DNA from: Heptranchias perlo
Taxonomy: Eukaryota
Assembly: GCF_035084215.1 (NCBI RefSeq)
Contig: NW_027139176.1
Coordinates: forward strand, 620,001-684,000
Direction: 5' to 3'
Length of the DNA stretch: 64,000 bases
Of this stretch, positions 1 through 10,350 are shown in pieces. Under the pieces are notes generated by a model. It saw only the letters and a list, made by a program, of their open reading frames with translations. It did no database searches and was not told the DNA's origin. The position numbers were made by a program, and so were the translations under genes. Positions within the stretch are counted from its first letter, which is position 1, and each line of letters opens with the position of its first letter.

Positions 1-539
1 TTAATAGGCCTTTTTACACAGGAGAAATTGGTAAACTTTAATGTTCTAATCTTAAATCAACCAATTTTAAAGGTCATATTTTGGAACTGTGTTGGCGGTT
101 TCAGCAGGTTCACACACACGGAGAGCGAAATAGGATATTGTAAATTGATGCCTTAGAATCATTCCCATCTTTCCTTCGAAATAAAACCCTGTCTCCGTGC
201 AGATTCACGCTCCATTCAACAAAACGCGGCTGCAACTCAATACATCACTGATTGGTCAGTGGATCTGGACCGGAAGTGTAATCTGTTCTATACCATGTTC
301 GAGGGGGTCAAACTGGTCTTAGGCGGCAGAGCAAAACGGCAGAGCTTCCCGTGTCACAGCCCGCTCGATCACGGGCTTGGGCTGGGATCCTGTATCGGTG
401 GGGTGATCCGTACCCCTGGAGACCACCGGCCTTTCTTCCTCCACATTCCCGGACCACGGGAACCTTCACTTTACCAGATTTTCCGTGCTCAGCCCTCCTC
501 GCCCACCACGGCCCGCCGCGATTCTGCTCTAACGATTTA

Positions 540-860
540 TCCCTCTTCTGGGCCCATCTTTTGTTTCTATACTTGTCCCATTACCACCACCTTGGACATT
601 GCTCTATCATCACTTTTGTCATTAAATTTTCTCCTGCCCTCCAGCCTATCACAGACCTTTCGCTTCTGTACTTTTTCTGCCCCCTTTTCCCTGACTCTGT
701 ACTTACTTTAAAGCCGTTCATCTCTAACATCTTCCAGTCCTGATGAAAGGTCAACGACCTGAAACATTAACTCTGTTTCTCTCTCCACGGGCTCTGAATG
801 ACCGTTTCTACAATTTTATGCTTTTATTTCAGATTTCCAGCGGTATTTTGCTTTGATGAA
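540..860 (+). mobile_element. Penelope-like retroelement 3' remnant (pLTR-type) with degenerate minimal hammerhead core
   Basis: Pyrimidine-rich tract, then CTGATGA(740-746)-A-AGGTC-aac-GACCT-GAAA(761-764), then ctctgtttctctctccac...ttttatttcagatttccagc. This matches from memory the common elasmobranch PLE terminus. Boundaries are approximate. Confidence 0.6.
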
Positions 861-1532
861 ATGTTCCCGCCATCTTTAGTGCACCATTAAATAGAGCGAC
901 CAAAGGAAATCTCCCTCAGTATATGATTTTAAATATTAACATTGGAATCTCGAGTTTGCTATTAATATAATCAACAAGACGGGGAATAATTTTGATGGTG
1001 ATCTTATAAAGATCTAATTCTTGTTTCATGATTATGCTGAAATTTGCTGTGTACTGGGGCTGTCTGTTTCACTTCAATGATGATAAATATTGATACAATA
1101 TCAGCCTGAACATTGATGTTGGTGAGATACGTGGGCCAATGATTAAGACCGCGAACATTCCCGTGCCTACTGTTTCAGCGGAGGCGTTAATCCATTTGAG
1201 GGGATTGAGTGAAGGCCTGGATTAACGAATGTCATCCCGGAGCCTGAATTATTCATCGTGCAGTTTTGCGCTGTATACTCCTAAATTCAGAGAGCCTGTT
1301 GGCTGTCCTTATTCTGAAATAGTTCAATGTTTACCAACTCTAATTTTCAGATATTGAGGCATAAAATCACGATCCATCTTTCAATCCTGTGATGTTCATC
1401 TGTTGTGCTGTCCTCTATTTAAACAATGGAGTCTGAAATTACAAGAAGGGTCTTTAATTGCAATCGCTTGTCTGAATTGTTCTTCTATTTTAGCGGAAAT
1501 GTTAACCCACTTATTTTATTCCAGATGGTCTG

Positions 1533-1612
1533 AATTGGACAGCTCTTTCAAGAGCCGGCACAGGCACGACAGGCCGAATGGCCTCTTTCTGTGGTGTAAG
1601 ATTCGATGATTT
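1533..1612 (+). mobile_element. CR1-type LINE/SINE 3' tail fragment
   Basis: acagctctttcaagagccggcacaggcacgacaggccgaatggcctc...gattcgatgatt is the same 3' hairpin/tail seen at the end of the CR1 at ~32550-32628. Confidence 0.55.
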
Positions 1613-1762
1613 TAATTCCTCTACTAAATTAGTGGAAGAAATAAATTCAGATAACCCTCGGTCCCTGTAACCGAGAGGGATATTCTCACCACCAATTGTT
1701 ACAGCCCCCCAGTTAGAACCGTGAACCGGGACCGCCGTGAACATCAGAAAGGATTCCCCACT

Positions 1763-2503
1763 TAGGAACATAGGAACAGGAGGAGGCCATTCAGCCCCTC
1801 GTGCCTGCTCCGCCATTTGATAAGATCATGGCTGATCTGTGATCTAACTCCATATACCTGCCTTTGGCCCATATCCCTTAATACCTTTGGTTGCCAAAAA
1901 GCTATCTATCTCAGATTTAAATTTAACAATTGAGCTAGTATCAATTGCCGTTTGCGGAAGAGAATTCCAAACTTCTACCACCCTTTGTGTGTAGAAATGT
2001 TTTCTAATCTCGCTCCTGAAAGGTCTGGCTCTAATTTTTAGACTGTGCCCCCTACTCCGAGAATCCCCAACCAGCGGAAATAGTTTCTCTCTATCCACCC
2101 TATCCGTTCCCCTTAATATCTTATAAACTTCGATCAGATCACCCCTTAACCTTGGAAACTCTAGAGAATACAACCCCAATTTGTGTAATCTCTCCTCGTA
2201 ACTTAACCCTTGAAGTCCAGGTTTCATTCTAGTAAACCTACGCTGCACTCCCTCCAAGGCCAATATGTCCTTCCGAAGGTGCGGTGCCCAGAACTGCTCA
2301 CAGTGCTCCAGGTGCGGTCTAACCAGGGTTTTGTATAACTGCAGCATAACTTCTGCCCCCTTGTCCTCCAGTCCTCTAGATATAAAGGCCAGCGTTCCAT
2401 TAGCTTTATTGATTATTTTCTGCACCTGTTCATGACACTTCAATGATCGATGCACCTGAACCCTTAAGTCCCTTTGGACATCCACTGTTTTTAACTTTTT
2501 ACC
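1763..2503 (-). mobile_element. 5'-truncated CR1 LINE (ORF2 C-terminus and 3'UTR)
   Basis: Minus ORF 1844-2485 has LYKTLVRPHLE..QFWAP and RLRGDLIEVYKI motifs. The tail is (TGTTCCTA)n, seen on + as taggaacataggaaca at 1763. Confidence 0.92.
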
Positions 2504-2852
2504 ACTTCTGCTTTTGGTATTCCCAGAGTTAGAACTTGCTGGTCGCCATGATTAGCGACAGTGTCAATGATTTTGTGAAAACTCCCTCTGTTCGGGATTT
2601 CGAGCGAGATGATAATTGTTCCTTTGAGAATCTGTTAACTATTTCAAAATAGCGAAGAGAGGAAATCCTCCGAGGCGCATTTGCGAATTCGGTTAATTTA
2701 GCGAAAGGAAAACCTTTTTCTCCTGTCCATCTTTCTTTATTTACCATTCGTAAATCTGTAGTTAACGGAACAAACAGACACAGGATAGAGACACGAGTGT
2801 ACAGGAGCACGGATGTGCACTGAACTATGTGTTCACACATAACTATTAAACT

Positions 2853-3573
2853 GGTGTTCAGAGAGACTTGGGTGTCCTCGTACAAGAAACACAGAAAGTT
2901 AACATACAGGTACAGCAAGCAATTAGGAGGGCAAATGGCATGTTGGCCTTTATTCCATGGGAGTTGGAGTACAAGAGTAAGGAAGCCTTGCTACAATTGT
3001 ACAGGGCTTTGGTGAGACCTCACCTGGAGTACTGTGTGCAGTTTTGGTCTCTTTATCTAAGGAAGGATATACTTGCCTTAGAGGCGCTGCAACAAAGGTT
3101 CACTGGATTGATTCCTGGGATGAGAGGGTTGTCCTATGAGGAGAGATTGAGTAGAATGGGCCGATACTCTCTGGAGTTTAGAAGAGTGAGAGGTGATCTG
3201 ATTGAAATATATAACATTTTGAGGGGGCTTGACAGGGGAGATGCTGAGAGGCTGTTGCCCCTGGCTGGAGAATCTAGAACTAGAGGGTATAGTCTCAGGA
3301 TAAGGAGTCGGCCATTCAAGACTGAGATGAGGAGGAATTTCTTCACTCAGAGGATTGTGAATCTTTGGAATTCTCTACCTCAGGGGGCTGTGGATGCTCA
3401 GTCATTGAGTATATTCAAGACTGAGATCGAGAGATTTTTAGACTCTCGGGGAATCAATAGATTGGGCGGGAAAGTGGAGTTGAGGTCGATGATCAGCCAT
3501 GATCTGATTGAATGGTGGAGCAGGTTCGAGGGGCCGGATGGCCTACTCCTGCTCCAATTTCTTATGTTCTTAT
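2853..3573 (+). mobile_element. 5'-truncated CR1 LINE (ORF2 C-terminus and 3'UTR)
   Basis: ORF 2868-3575 has LYRALVRPHLEYCVQFWS and RRVRGDLIEIY. It ends in the tail ttcttatgttcttat. Confidence 0.92.
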
Positions 3574-4001
3574 AACATTCGCGCTCTAAATTTTCTGAGT
3601 AAAATGAAAAACAGGAAACCCATGGGTTCTGATTAGCTTTCACCTCCCAGATGGATCTGAGGATGTTGCAGTACCGATCCGTCCCGTGCTACTCTCATCA
3701 ACGGCAGCTCCTTTCCAGTTCCTCAGCGGTCCAAAAGTACCAGACAGAGGCGTCGAAAAAGGACCCACTCACCGCCGAAATGGACGACCGGTTCCCCGAA
3801 GACTGGCCTCGGATACAAACCCTGCAGCGTTTCGGTGCTGTAAACTGCAGGGGGAGAACAAGGTCAGAATTGCACCGGTCGCTGCCATTTATTGCGTCTT
3901 CGGACTGTTCATTGCTGCTCGGTATTTATAGCGAAATAGTAAATGCTCACAGCGGCCGGAACAGTTCTGTGACTAACATCATGAGTGTGGAAAAGATTTG
4001 T

Positions 4002-5320
4002 GGGAATTCGGGGGAAAACTCTCCAGTGGCTGGAGGCATACCGAGCTCACAGGAAGATGGTAGTGGTTGTTGGAGGCCAATCATCTCAGCCCCAGGACAT
4101 TGCTGCAGGAGTTCCTCAGGGCAGTGTCCTAGGCCCAACCATCTTCAGCTGCTTCATCAATGACCATCCCTCCATCATAAGGTCAGAAATGGGGATGTTC
4201 GCTGATGATTGCACAGTGTTCAGTTCCATTCGCAACTCCTCAGATAATGAAGCAGTCCGAGCCCGCATGCAGCAAGACCTGGACAACATCCAGGCTTGGG
4301 CTCATAAGTGGCAAGTAACATTCGCGCCAGACAAGTGCCAGGCAATGACCATCTCCAACAATTGTAAACAATTTTACAACACCAAGTTATAGTCCAGCAA
4401 TTTTATTTTAAATTCACAAGCTTTCGGAGATTTTCTCCTTCCTCAGGCAAATGTTTGCCTGAGGAAGGAGAAAATCTCCGAAAGCTTGTGAATTTAAAAT
4501 AAAATTGCTGGACTATAACTTGGTGTTGTAAAATTGTTTACAATTGTCAACCCCAGTCCATCACCGGCATCTCCACATCATCTCCAACAAGAGAGAGTCT
4601 AACCACCTCCCCTTGACATTCAACGGCATTACCATCGCCGAATCCCCCACCATCAACATCCTGGGGGTCACCATTGACCAGAAACTTAACTGGACCAGCC
4701 ACATAAATACCGTGACTACAAGAGCAGGTCAGAGGCTGGGTATTCTGCAGCAACTGACTCCCCAAAGCCTTTCCACCATCTACAAGGCACAAGTCAGGAG
4801 TGTGATGGAATACTCTCCATTTGCCTGGGTGAGTGCAGCTCGAACAACACTCAAGAAGCTTGACACCATCCAGGACAAAGCAGCCCGCTTGATTGGCATC
4901 CCATCCACCACCCTAAACATTCACTCCCTTCACCACCGGCGCACTGTGGCTGCAGTGTGTACCATCCACAGGATGCACTGCAGCATCTCGCCAAGGCTTC
5001 TTCGACAGCACCTCCCAAACCCGCGACCTCTACCACCAAGAAGGACAAGGGCAGCAGGCGCATGGGAACAACACCACCTGCACGTTCCCCTCCAAGTCAC
5101 ACACCATCCCGACTTGGAAATATATCGCCGTTCCTTCATCGTCGCTGGGTCAAAATCCTGGAACTCCCTTCGTAACAGCACTGTGGGAGAACCGTCACCA
5201 CACGGACTGCAGCGGTTCAAGAAGGCGGCTCACCACCACCTGCTCAAGGGCAATTACGGATAGGCATTAAATGCCGGCCTCGCCAGCGACGCCCACATCC
5301 CATGAATGGATAAAAAAAAA
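4002..5320 (+). mobile_element. Truncated non-CR1 LINE (L2/Crack/Jockey-group RT), split by a Penelope-like insertion
   Basis: RT motifs GVPQGSVLGP and MFADD (ORF 3985-4392) continue as LGVTIDQKLNW..IYKAQVRSVMEYS (ORF 4544-5263). It ends in a poly-A tail at ~5312-5320. The clade assignment is tentative. Confidence 0.85.
4358..4580. mobile_element. Palindromic Penelope-like insertion with hammerhead core on both strands
   Basis: Perfect inverted repeat 4358-4451 / 4454-4547 with a 2-nt spacer, plus a ~30-nt tail. It is flanked by duplicated CATCTCCAACAA (4350-4361 and 4579-4590). Each arm contains CTGAGGA-A-GGAG-aaaat-CTCC-GAAA. Confidence 0.8.
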
Positions 5321-5545
5321 TCCTGCTCTGTTTGGACTTTGAACGTTTGCAGTTTGTGCGGTTGGAATATTTACTTTGTGGTTGGCTGGAGACTGCGCGC
5401 TGTGCTTTGCCCAAATACTATGTCACATCCGCCGGGACACTGAAGCGACTCGAGCCACTCTCAAGGCGTATTGACTCGGCGTTCAATTCTTACCAGTCCA
5501 GTGTCCAGGGTTTACAAAGTTTATATACACAGGGACGGAGCAGCA

Positions 5546-5591
5546 ATGCAGTTAATCGGTATCTGGGCTGTGTTTGGAGCATTTGTTACAG
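5546..5591 (+). CDS. TRAV: TCR V segment 1, leader exon (MQLIGIWAVFGAFVT-G)
   Basis: ATG at 5546 opens a hydrophobic 15-codon+1-nt exon ending at donor G|GTAATT (5592). A 92-nt phase-1 intron joins it in frame to the V exon. TATA-like ttatatac at ~5521. Confidence 0.88.
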
Positions 5592-5683
5592 GTAATTATT
5601 CTGGGACACGATTTGAGGCCAAAATTGAACATCACTGAATTTAAAAATGGTTTAATTTTGCCGTTGGTTTGTATTTAATGCAG

Positions 5684-5990
5684 GTCTGAGCCATGAAATC
5701 TCTGTTAGACAGCGACCCCCTACAGTAATTAGCACAGAAGGAAACATTATAACTTTAGACTGTATCTATTCCATTAACACGAGTTCCTACAGCCTGCTGT
5801 GGTCCCGCCAATACCCCGGCAGAGGACCGGAGATCCTCGTTCGCAAGTTTCCAAGTGGTTATCAGATTAAAGCGGATTTTGCTCGAAGCCGTCTCTCCTC
5901 TGCGCTGGACAAAGCGAATGCCATCTTCACCTTAACCGTCTCCAAACTGCGGACGACTGACGCGGCAATCTATTACTGCGCGCTGACTCT
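5684..5990 (+). CDS. TRAV: T-cell receptor alpha/delta-type variable segment 1, V exon (germline, open frame)
   Basis: After acceptor TGCAG|: (G)LSHEISVRQRPPTVISTEGNIITLDCIYSINTSSYSLLWSRQYPGRGPEILVRKFPSGYQIKADFARSRLSSALDKANAIFTLTVSKLRTTDAAIYYCALT. It has the Ig-V first Cys, Trp and DxAxYYC, and is followed directly by a 23-RSS. Alpha versus delta cannot be decided by eye. Confidence 0.9.
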
Positions 5991-6029
5991 CACAACGGTG
6001 GAAGTCAGTTGGGCCCTCGTACAAAAACT
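5991..6029 (+). other. 23-spacer recombination signal sequence of V segment 1
   Basis: Heptamer CACAACG (5991-5997), 23-nt spacer (5998-6020), nonamer ACAAAAACT (6021-6029). Confidence 0.9.
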
Positions 6030-7263
6030 AACTGATCCTCTGTGCCCTGGAGATCATCCCGATTCGGGGCTGTGCAGACAGGCAGTGAGAGGATGCTGTG
6101 CTCGACATACGGTGTGGAGTGAGGGTCACAGGGAAAACATATTACAGCGACCCAGAGACATTCTGACTGCAAATCGACCCAAAACTGCCATAAATCACCA
6201 GCTGGAGAAAGGATCGGGCTCGATTTCCGTTCCTCTTCGTGATGCGAACACGGGAGGAATTTTCCTTGCGCGTTATTTCTGGCGAAATGCTAAACATGTG
6301 CTCACTGTAAGGAAAATATTCTTTTTATATTCATTTCTTTATATTAACTTTTAGTTTTTGCCTGTAAAGTGAATTTCTGTTAGCATTATTCAGTTAGTCA
6401 GTTTAAATAAAAACCAGGCAGAGACAGTCTTTCCTGATAGGGGAGTTGAGTAGAGACAGAAACAGACTTGCTGTGTTCGAGCACCATCGATCTGTCAGCA
6501 GGGAGACAGGCGGCATTTCTATGGACACGTATCGATCAGCAAGCCGAGAAGCGATAACTTCAGATAGCGACTCCTCCGAGGACAGTTGTGGAAGGAATGT
6601 GGAACATTCCTGGAGGGGCTTTTGTTCTCTGTAACTGTCTCCAGTTCAATGATTTGTTTGTCAGTTCAGTCGTGGTGAAAACTCGGGGAGTGATTCTTGT
6701 TAAAACTGAAGTTATTGCAGCTAATTGAATGGGTTAATGCTGTGGGAATGTGAGACGTAGCAGGCTGGACAAGAGGTTTAAAAGTGGGTGTTACGAAAGA
6801 TACATTAGAATTAGACACAGTCAGATTAGCTGATCAGCAAGAGCTGACCAACTGACCGCTCACTCGTATTACCGTAAATGTGCTCTTAACTATATGTGTA
6901 ATTGTTATTAATAATAATCATTGTATGTTTAGTTCCAATGATAGCCAATAAATGTCTTTTGAACCCAATTATCTTGTGGAATAATTAGAAACTTATAAGT
7001 AAGAACATCCGTTCGCGAACATTACATTATATCGATAAAAGGAAATATCTCCAATGTCTATGCAATTTAACAAAAAGCAACCGGAGCAAACATCCCCCAA
7101 CAGCAGCAAAACCCGTGAATATCCCTACAATCATATTAATGGTGGGAAAATCGGGGTGGGGGGTATTCTGGGCGGTAACCCCACGGATTACGGCGGGTAT
7201 TATGGACGGTAAGACTTCCCTTTGTCCATCGGAGACATTAATCCATTATTGTAATCCGGGTAA

Positions 7264-7400
7264 CACTTCCGGTCCGCGTTCAACCTTCGCCATTGATCCG
7301 CCAACAATGTGCTGCTGATGACGCCGATAATCCTTCCACCAATGGTATTCTTTTTCGAAAGGACCAAACTGAACCACGTGACTAATGTCTGATGACGTCA
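7264..7400 (+). promoter_or_regulatory. Putative promoter of V segment 2 (ETS, E-box, CRE)
   Basis: ACTTCCGG (7265-7272), CACGTG (7375-7380) and a perfect CRE TGACGTCA (7393-7400), ~150 nt upstream of the leader ATG at 7551. CRE-type elements are typical of TCR V promoters. No perfect Ig octamer is present. Confidence 0.55.
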
Positions 7401-7550
7401 TATCAGATTGAGGTTGTGGATGTGTTTTCATATTTGGTCAGATAAACCAGTGAAGCAGGTCTGCTCCGTGTTATTGTCCCCGTGATAGTCTTGATTAATT
7501 CTTGCCACGATACTCTGATCGGATTTGTACAGAAACTGTCAGCACAGAAC

Positions 7551-7602
7551 ATGCAAGAATATTTCAGATTAGTACTTGTCATTCCAGCCAGCTTTATGAC
7601 AT
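7551..7602 (+). CDS. TRAV: TCR V segment 2, leader exon (MQEYFRLVLVIPASFMT-)
   Basis: ATG at 7551 opens a 52-nt exon ending at consensus donor T|GTAAGT (7603). Phase 1 matches the V exon at 10068. Confidence 0.72.
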
Positions 7603-7694
7603 GTAAGTATTTAAATGTTTGAGCTAATGGCGACAGTTGAAGTAACGCTACATTACATTGCTTTCCCAGAGAGGGGTAAAGATATTTATTACCG

Positions 7695-8540
7695 TATTTA
7701 TTGATGACTTGGTGAAGGAATTAAGTGTAGTGCACCCAAGTATGCAGATAGCACTAAATTAGGAGGGACAGTTAGTGGTGCAGATGGGAGGAGGGAGATG
7801 CAAAGGGACATAGACAGATTAAGAGAGTGGGCAAAACTATGGGAGATTGAGGTTAATGTGGGCAAGCGTGAGGTGATCCACTTTGGACCGAAAAAAGATA
7901 AATCAGAGCATTTTAAAACAGTGAGAATCTCGGAACTGGAGTGGAGAAAGGAGATTTGGGAGTCCAAGTACAGCATCATTTAAAACTGATAGATAGGTAC
8001 AGAAAGCATTCACAAGGGTGACTGGAATGTTGGCCTTTATCTCAAGCAGGCTAGAAAACAAATGTGAGGAAGTGATACAGAACCTTGGTCAGGCCCCATC
8101 TGGAGATACTGCGTTCAGTTCTGGGCACCTCAGGAAGGATAAACTGGCTTTGGAGTGGGTGAAGCGCAGATTAACCCGAATGATACAGGGGCCTAGAAGT
8201 TTGAATGATGAGGACAGATTGCATAAAGTTGGGTTTTATTCCCTTGAGTTTAGAAGATTGAGGGATTATCTGGTTAAGATGTTTAAAAAGTTAAAATGAT
8301 TCAATAGGGTGCATATGAAGAAAATATTCCTTGTGATGGCGGAATTAAGAAGGAGGGGTCATAGCCTTAAACAAAGAGCGAGGCCATTTAGGGAGAACTT
8401 TCAGGACTGAGATGCAGAGATTTTTGTTTGGTCCGGGTATCAAGGGAAATGGAGTCAGATACAGATCATCCATCATTTAATGGAATGGTGGAGCAGACCC
8501 TTAGGGCTGAATGGCCGACTCCTGTGCCGAAATTCCTGCG
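7695..8540 (+). mobile_element. Degenerate CR1 LINE fragment inside the leader-V intron
   Basis: Frameshifted RT remnants (KYADSTKLGG, MQRDIDRLREWAKLW, YSLEFRRLRD) followed by a CR1-type 3' end, gggctgaatggccgactcctgtgcc. Confidence 0.85.
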
Positions 8541-8542
8541 AT

Positions 8543-10044
8543 ACCTATTGGGACCGACTGGTGTTGACCGTCCGGTGACGGGACCTGTTGGGACCGACTG
8601 GTGTTGACCGTCCGGTGACGGGATCTGTTGGGACTGACTGGTGTTGACCGTCCGGTGACGGGACCTGTTGGGACTGACTGGTCTTGACTGCCCGGTGATG
8701 GGATCTGTTGGGACTGACTGGTGTTGACCGCCCGGTGACGGGACCTGTTGGGACTGACTGGTGTTGACCGTCCGGTGATGGGATCTGTTGGGACTGACTG
8801 ATGTTGACCGCCCGGTGACCGGACCTGTTGGGACTGACTGGTGTTGACCGCCCGGTGATGGGATCTGTTGGGACTGACTGGTGTTGACCGTCCGGTGACG
8901 GGACCTGTTGGGACTGACTGGTGTTGACCGTCCGGTGATAGGATCTGTTGGGACTGACTGGTGTTGACCGTCCGGTGACGGGACCTGTTGGGACTGACTG
9001 GTGTTGACCGCCCGGTGATGGGATCTGTTGGGACTGACTGGTGTTGACCGCCCGGTGACGGGACCTGTTAGGACTGACTGGTGTTGACCGCCCGGTGATG
9101 GGATCTGTTGGGACTGACTGATGTTGACCGCCCGGTGACCGGACCTGTTGGGACTGACTGGTGTTGACCGCCCGGTGATGGGATCTGTTGGGACTGACTG
9201 GTGTTGACCGTCCGGTGACGGGACCTGTTGGGACTGACTGGTGTTGACCGCCCGGTGATGGGATCTGTTGGGACTGACTGGTGTTGACCGCCCGGTGATG
9301 GGATCTGTTGGGACTGACTGGTGTTGACCGCCCGGTGACGGGACCTGTTGGGACTGACTGGTGTTCACCGCCCGGTGATGGGATCTGTTGGGACTGACTG
9401 ATGTTGACCGCCCGGTGACCGGACCTGTTGGGACTGACTGGTGTTGACCGCCCGGTGATGGGATCTGTTGGGACTGACTGGTGTTGACCGCCCGGTGACG
9501 GGACCTGTTGGGACTGACTGGTGTTGACCGCCCGGTGATGGGATCTGTTGGGACTGACTGATGTTGACCGCCCGGTGACCGGACCTGTTGGGACTGACTG
9601 GTGTTGACCGCCCGGTGATGGGATCTGTTGGGACTGACTGGTGTTGACCGTCCGGTGACGGGACCTGTTGGGACTGACTGGTGTTGACCGCCCGGTGATG
9701 GGATCTGTTGGGACTGACTGATGTTGACCGCCCGGTGATGGGATCTGTTGGGACTGACTGGTGTTGACCGCCCGGTGATGGGATCTGTTGGGACTGACTG
9801 GTGTTGACCGCCCGGTGACGGGACCTGTTGGGACTGACTGGTGTTGACCGCCCGGTGATGGGATCTGTTGGGACTGACTGATGTTGACCGCCCGGTGACC
9901 GGACCTGTTGGGACTGACTGGTGTTGACCGCCCGGTGACGGGACCTGTTGGGACTGACTGATGTTGACCGCCCAATGACGGGACCTGTTGGGACTGACTG
10001 GTGTTGACCGTCCTGTGATGGGATCTGTTGGGACTGACTGGTGT
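8543..10044. repeat. 40-bp minisatellite (~37 copies) GGA(C/T)CTGTTGGGACTGACTGGTGTTGACCG(C/T)CCGGTGA(C/T)G
   Basis: Direct 40-nt periodicity. It lies in the intron of V segment 2 and ends ~23 nt before the acceptor. Confidence 0.97.
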
Positions 10045-10067
10045 CTGTTTTGTTCCATTGATAACAG

Positions 10068-10350
10068 TGCGTGTTACAGGGAAAGAGGAAGTTGTACAAA
10101 CATTTCCGTCACAGCCTCCCAGTGAATGGAAAACCATAACTATTAATTGCCACACCAGCATTCCGTTCTCTGCGATATACTGGTTCGTGCAGGCTCCAAA
10201 CCAAAGCCCAAAGATGTTGATAATGGCATCGGAAAACGGTGAACAAGAAGGTCGGATTAAAGCCGTCAGTCAACGTTGGGAGAAGCGCAGCTCCCTGACT
10301 ATCGCGGCCTTACGTCTGACGGACACCGCGACCTACTTCTGTGTCGTTCA
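10068..10350 (+). CDS. TRAV: T-cell receptor alpha-type variable segment 2, V exon (germline, open frame)
   Basis: After ataacAG|: RVTGKEEVVQTFPSQPPSEWKTITINCHTSIPFSAIYWFVQAPNQSPKMLIMASENGEQEGRIKAVSQRWEKRSSLTIAALRLTDTATYFCVV. It has the Cys, WF.Q and DTATYFC landmarks. An alternative in-phase acceptor lies at 10079. Confidence 0.88.

Noticed and set aside
259-743. ORFs 259-711 and 351-743
   Set aside because: They have no recognisable domain and run into the pyrimidine-rich Penelope remnant.
1074-1116. C/D-box snoRNA-like motif (ATGATGA at 1077, CTGA at 1106, TCAATG/CATTGA ends)
   Set aside because: Only ~22 nt lie between the boxes, too short for a guide snoRNA, and there is no recognisable rRNA antisense element or host gene.
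3880-3931. AAIYCV motif suggesting a third V segment
   Set aside because: There is no first Cys/Trp at Ig-V spacing and no heptamer-spacer-nonamer downstream.
8466-10161. 530/538-aa minus-strand ORFs and similar ORFs over the 38/39-, 48-, 54-, 24- and 30-bp arrays
   Set aside because: They are translations of tandem repeats, open in several frames and on both strands at once.
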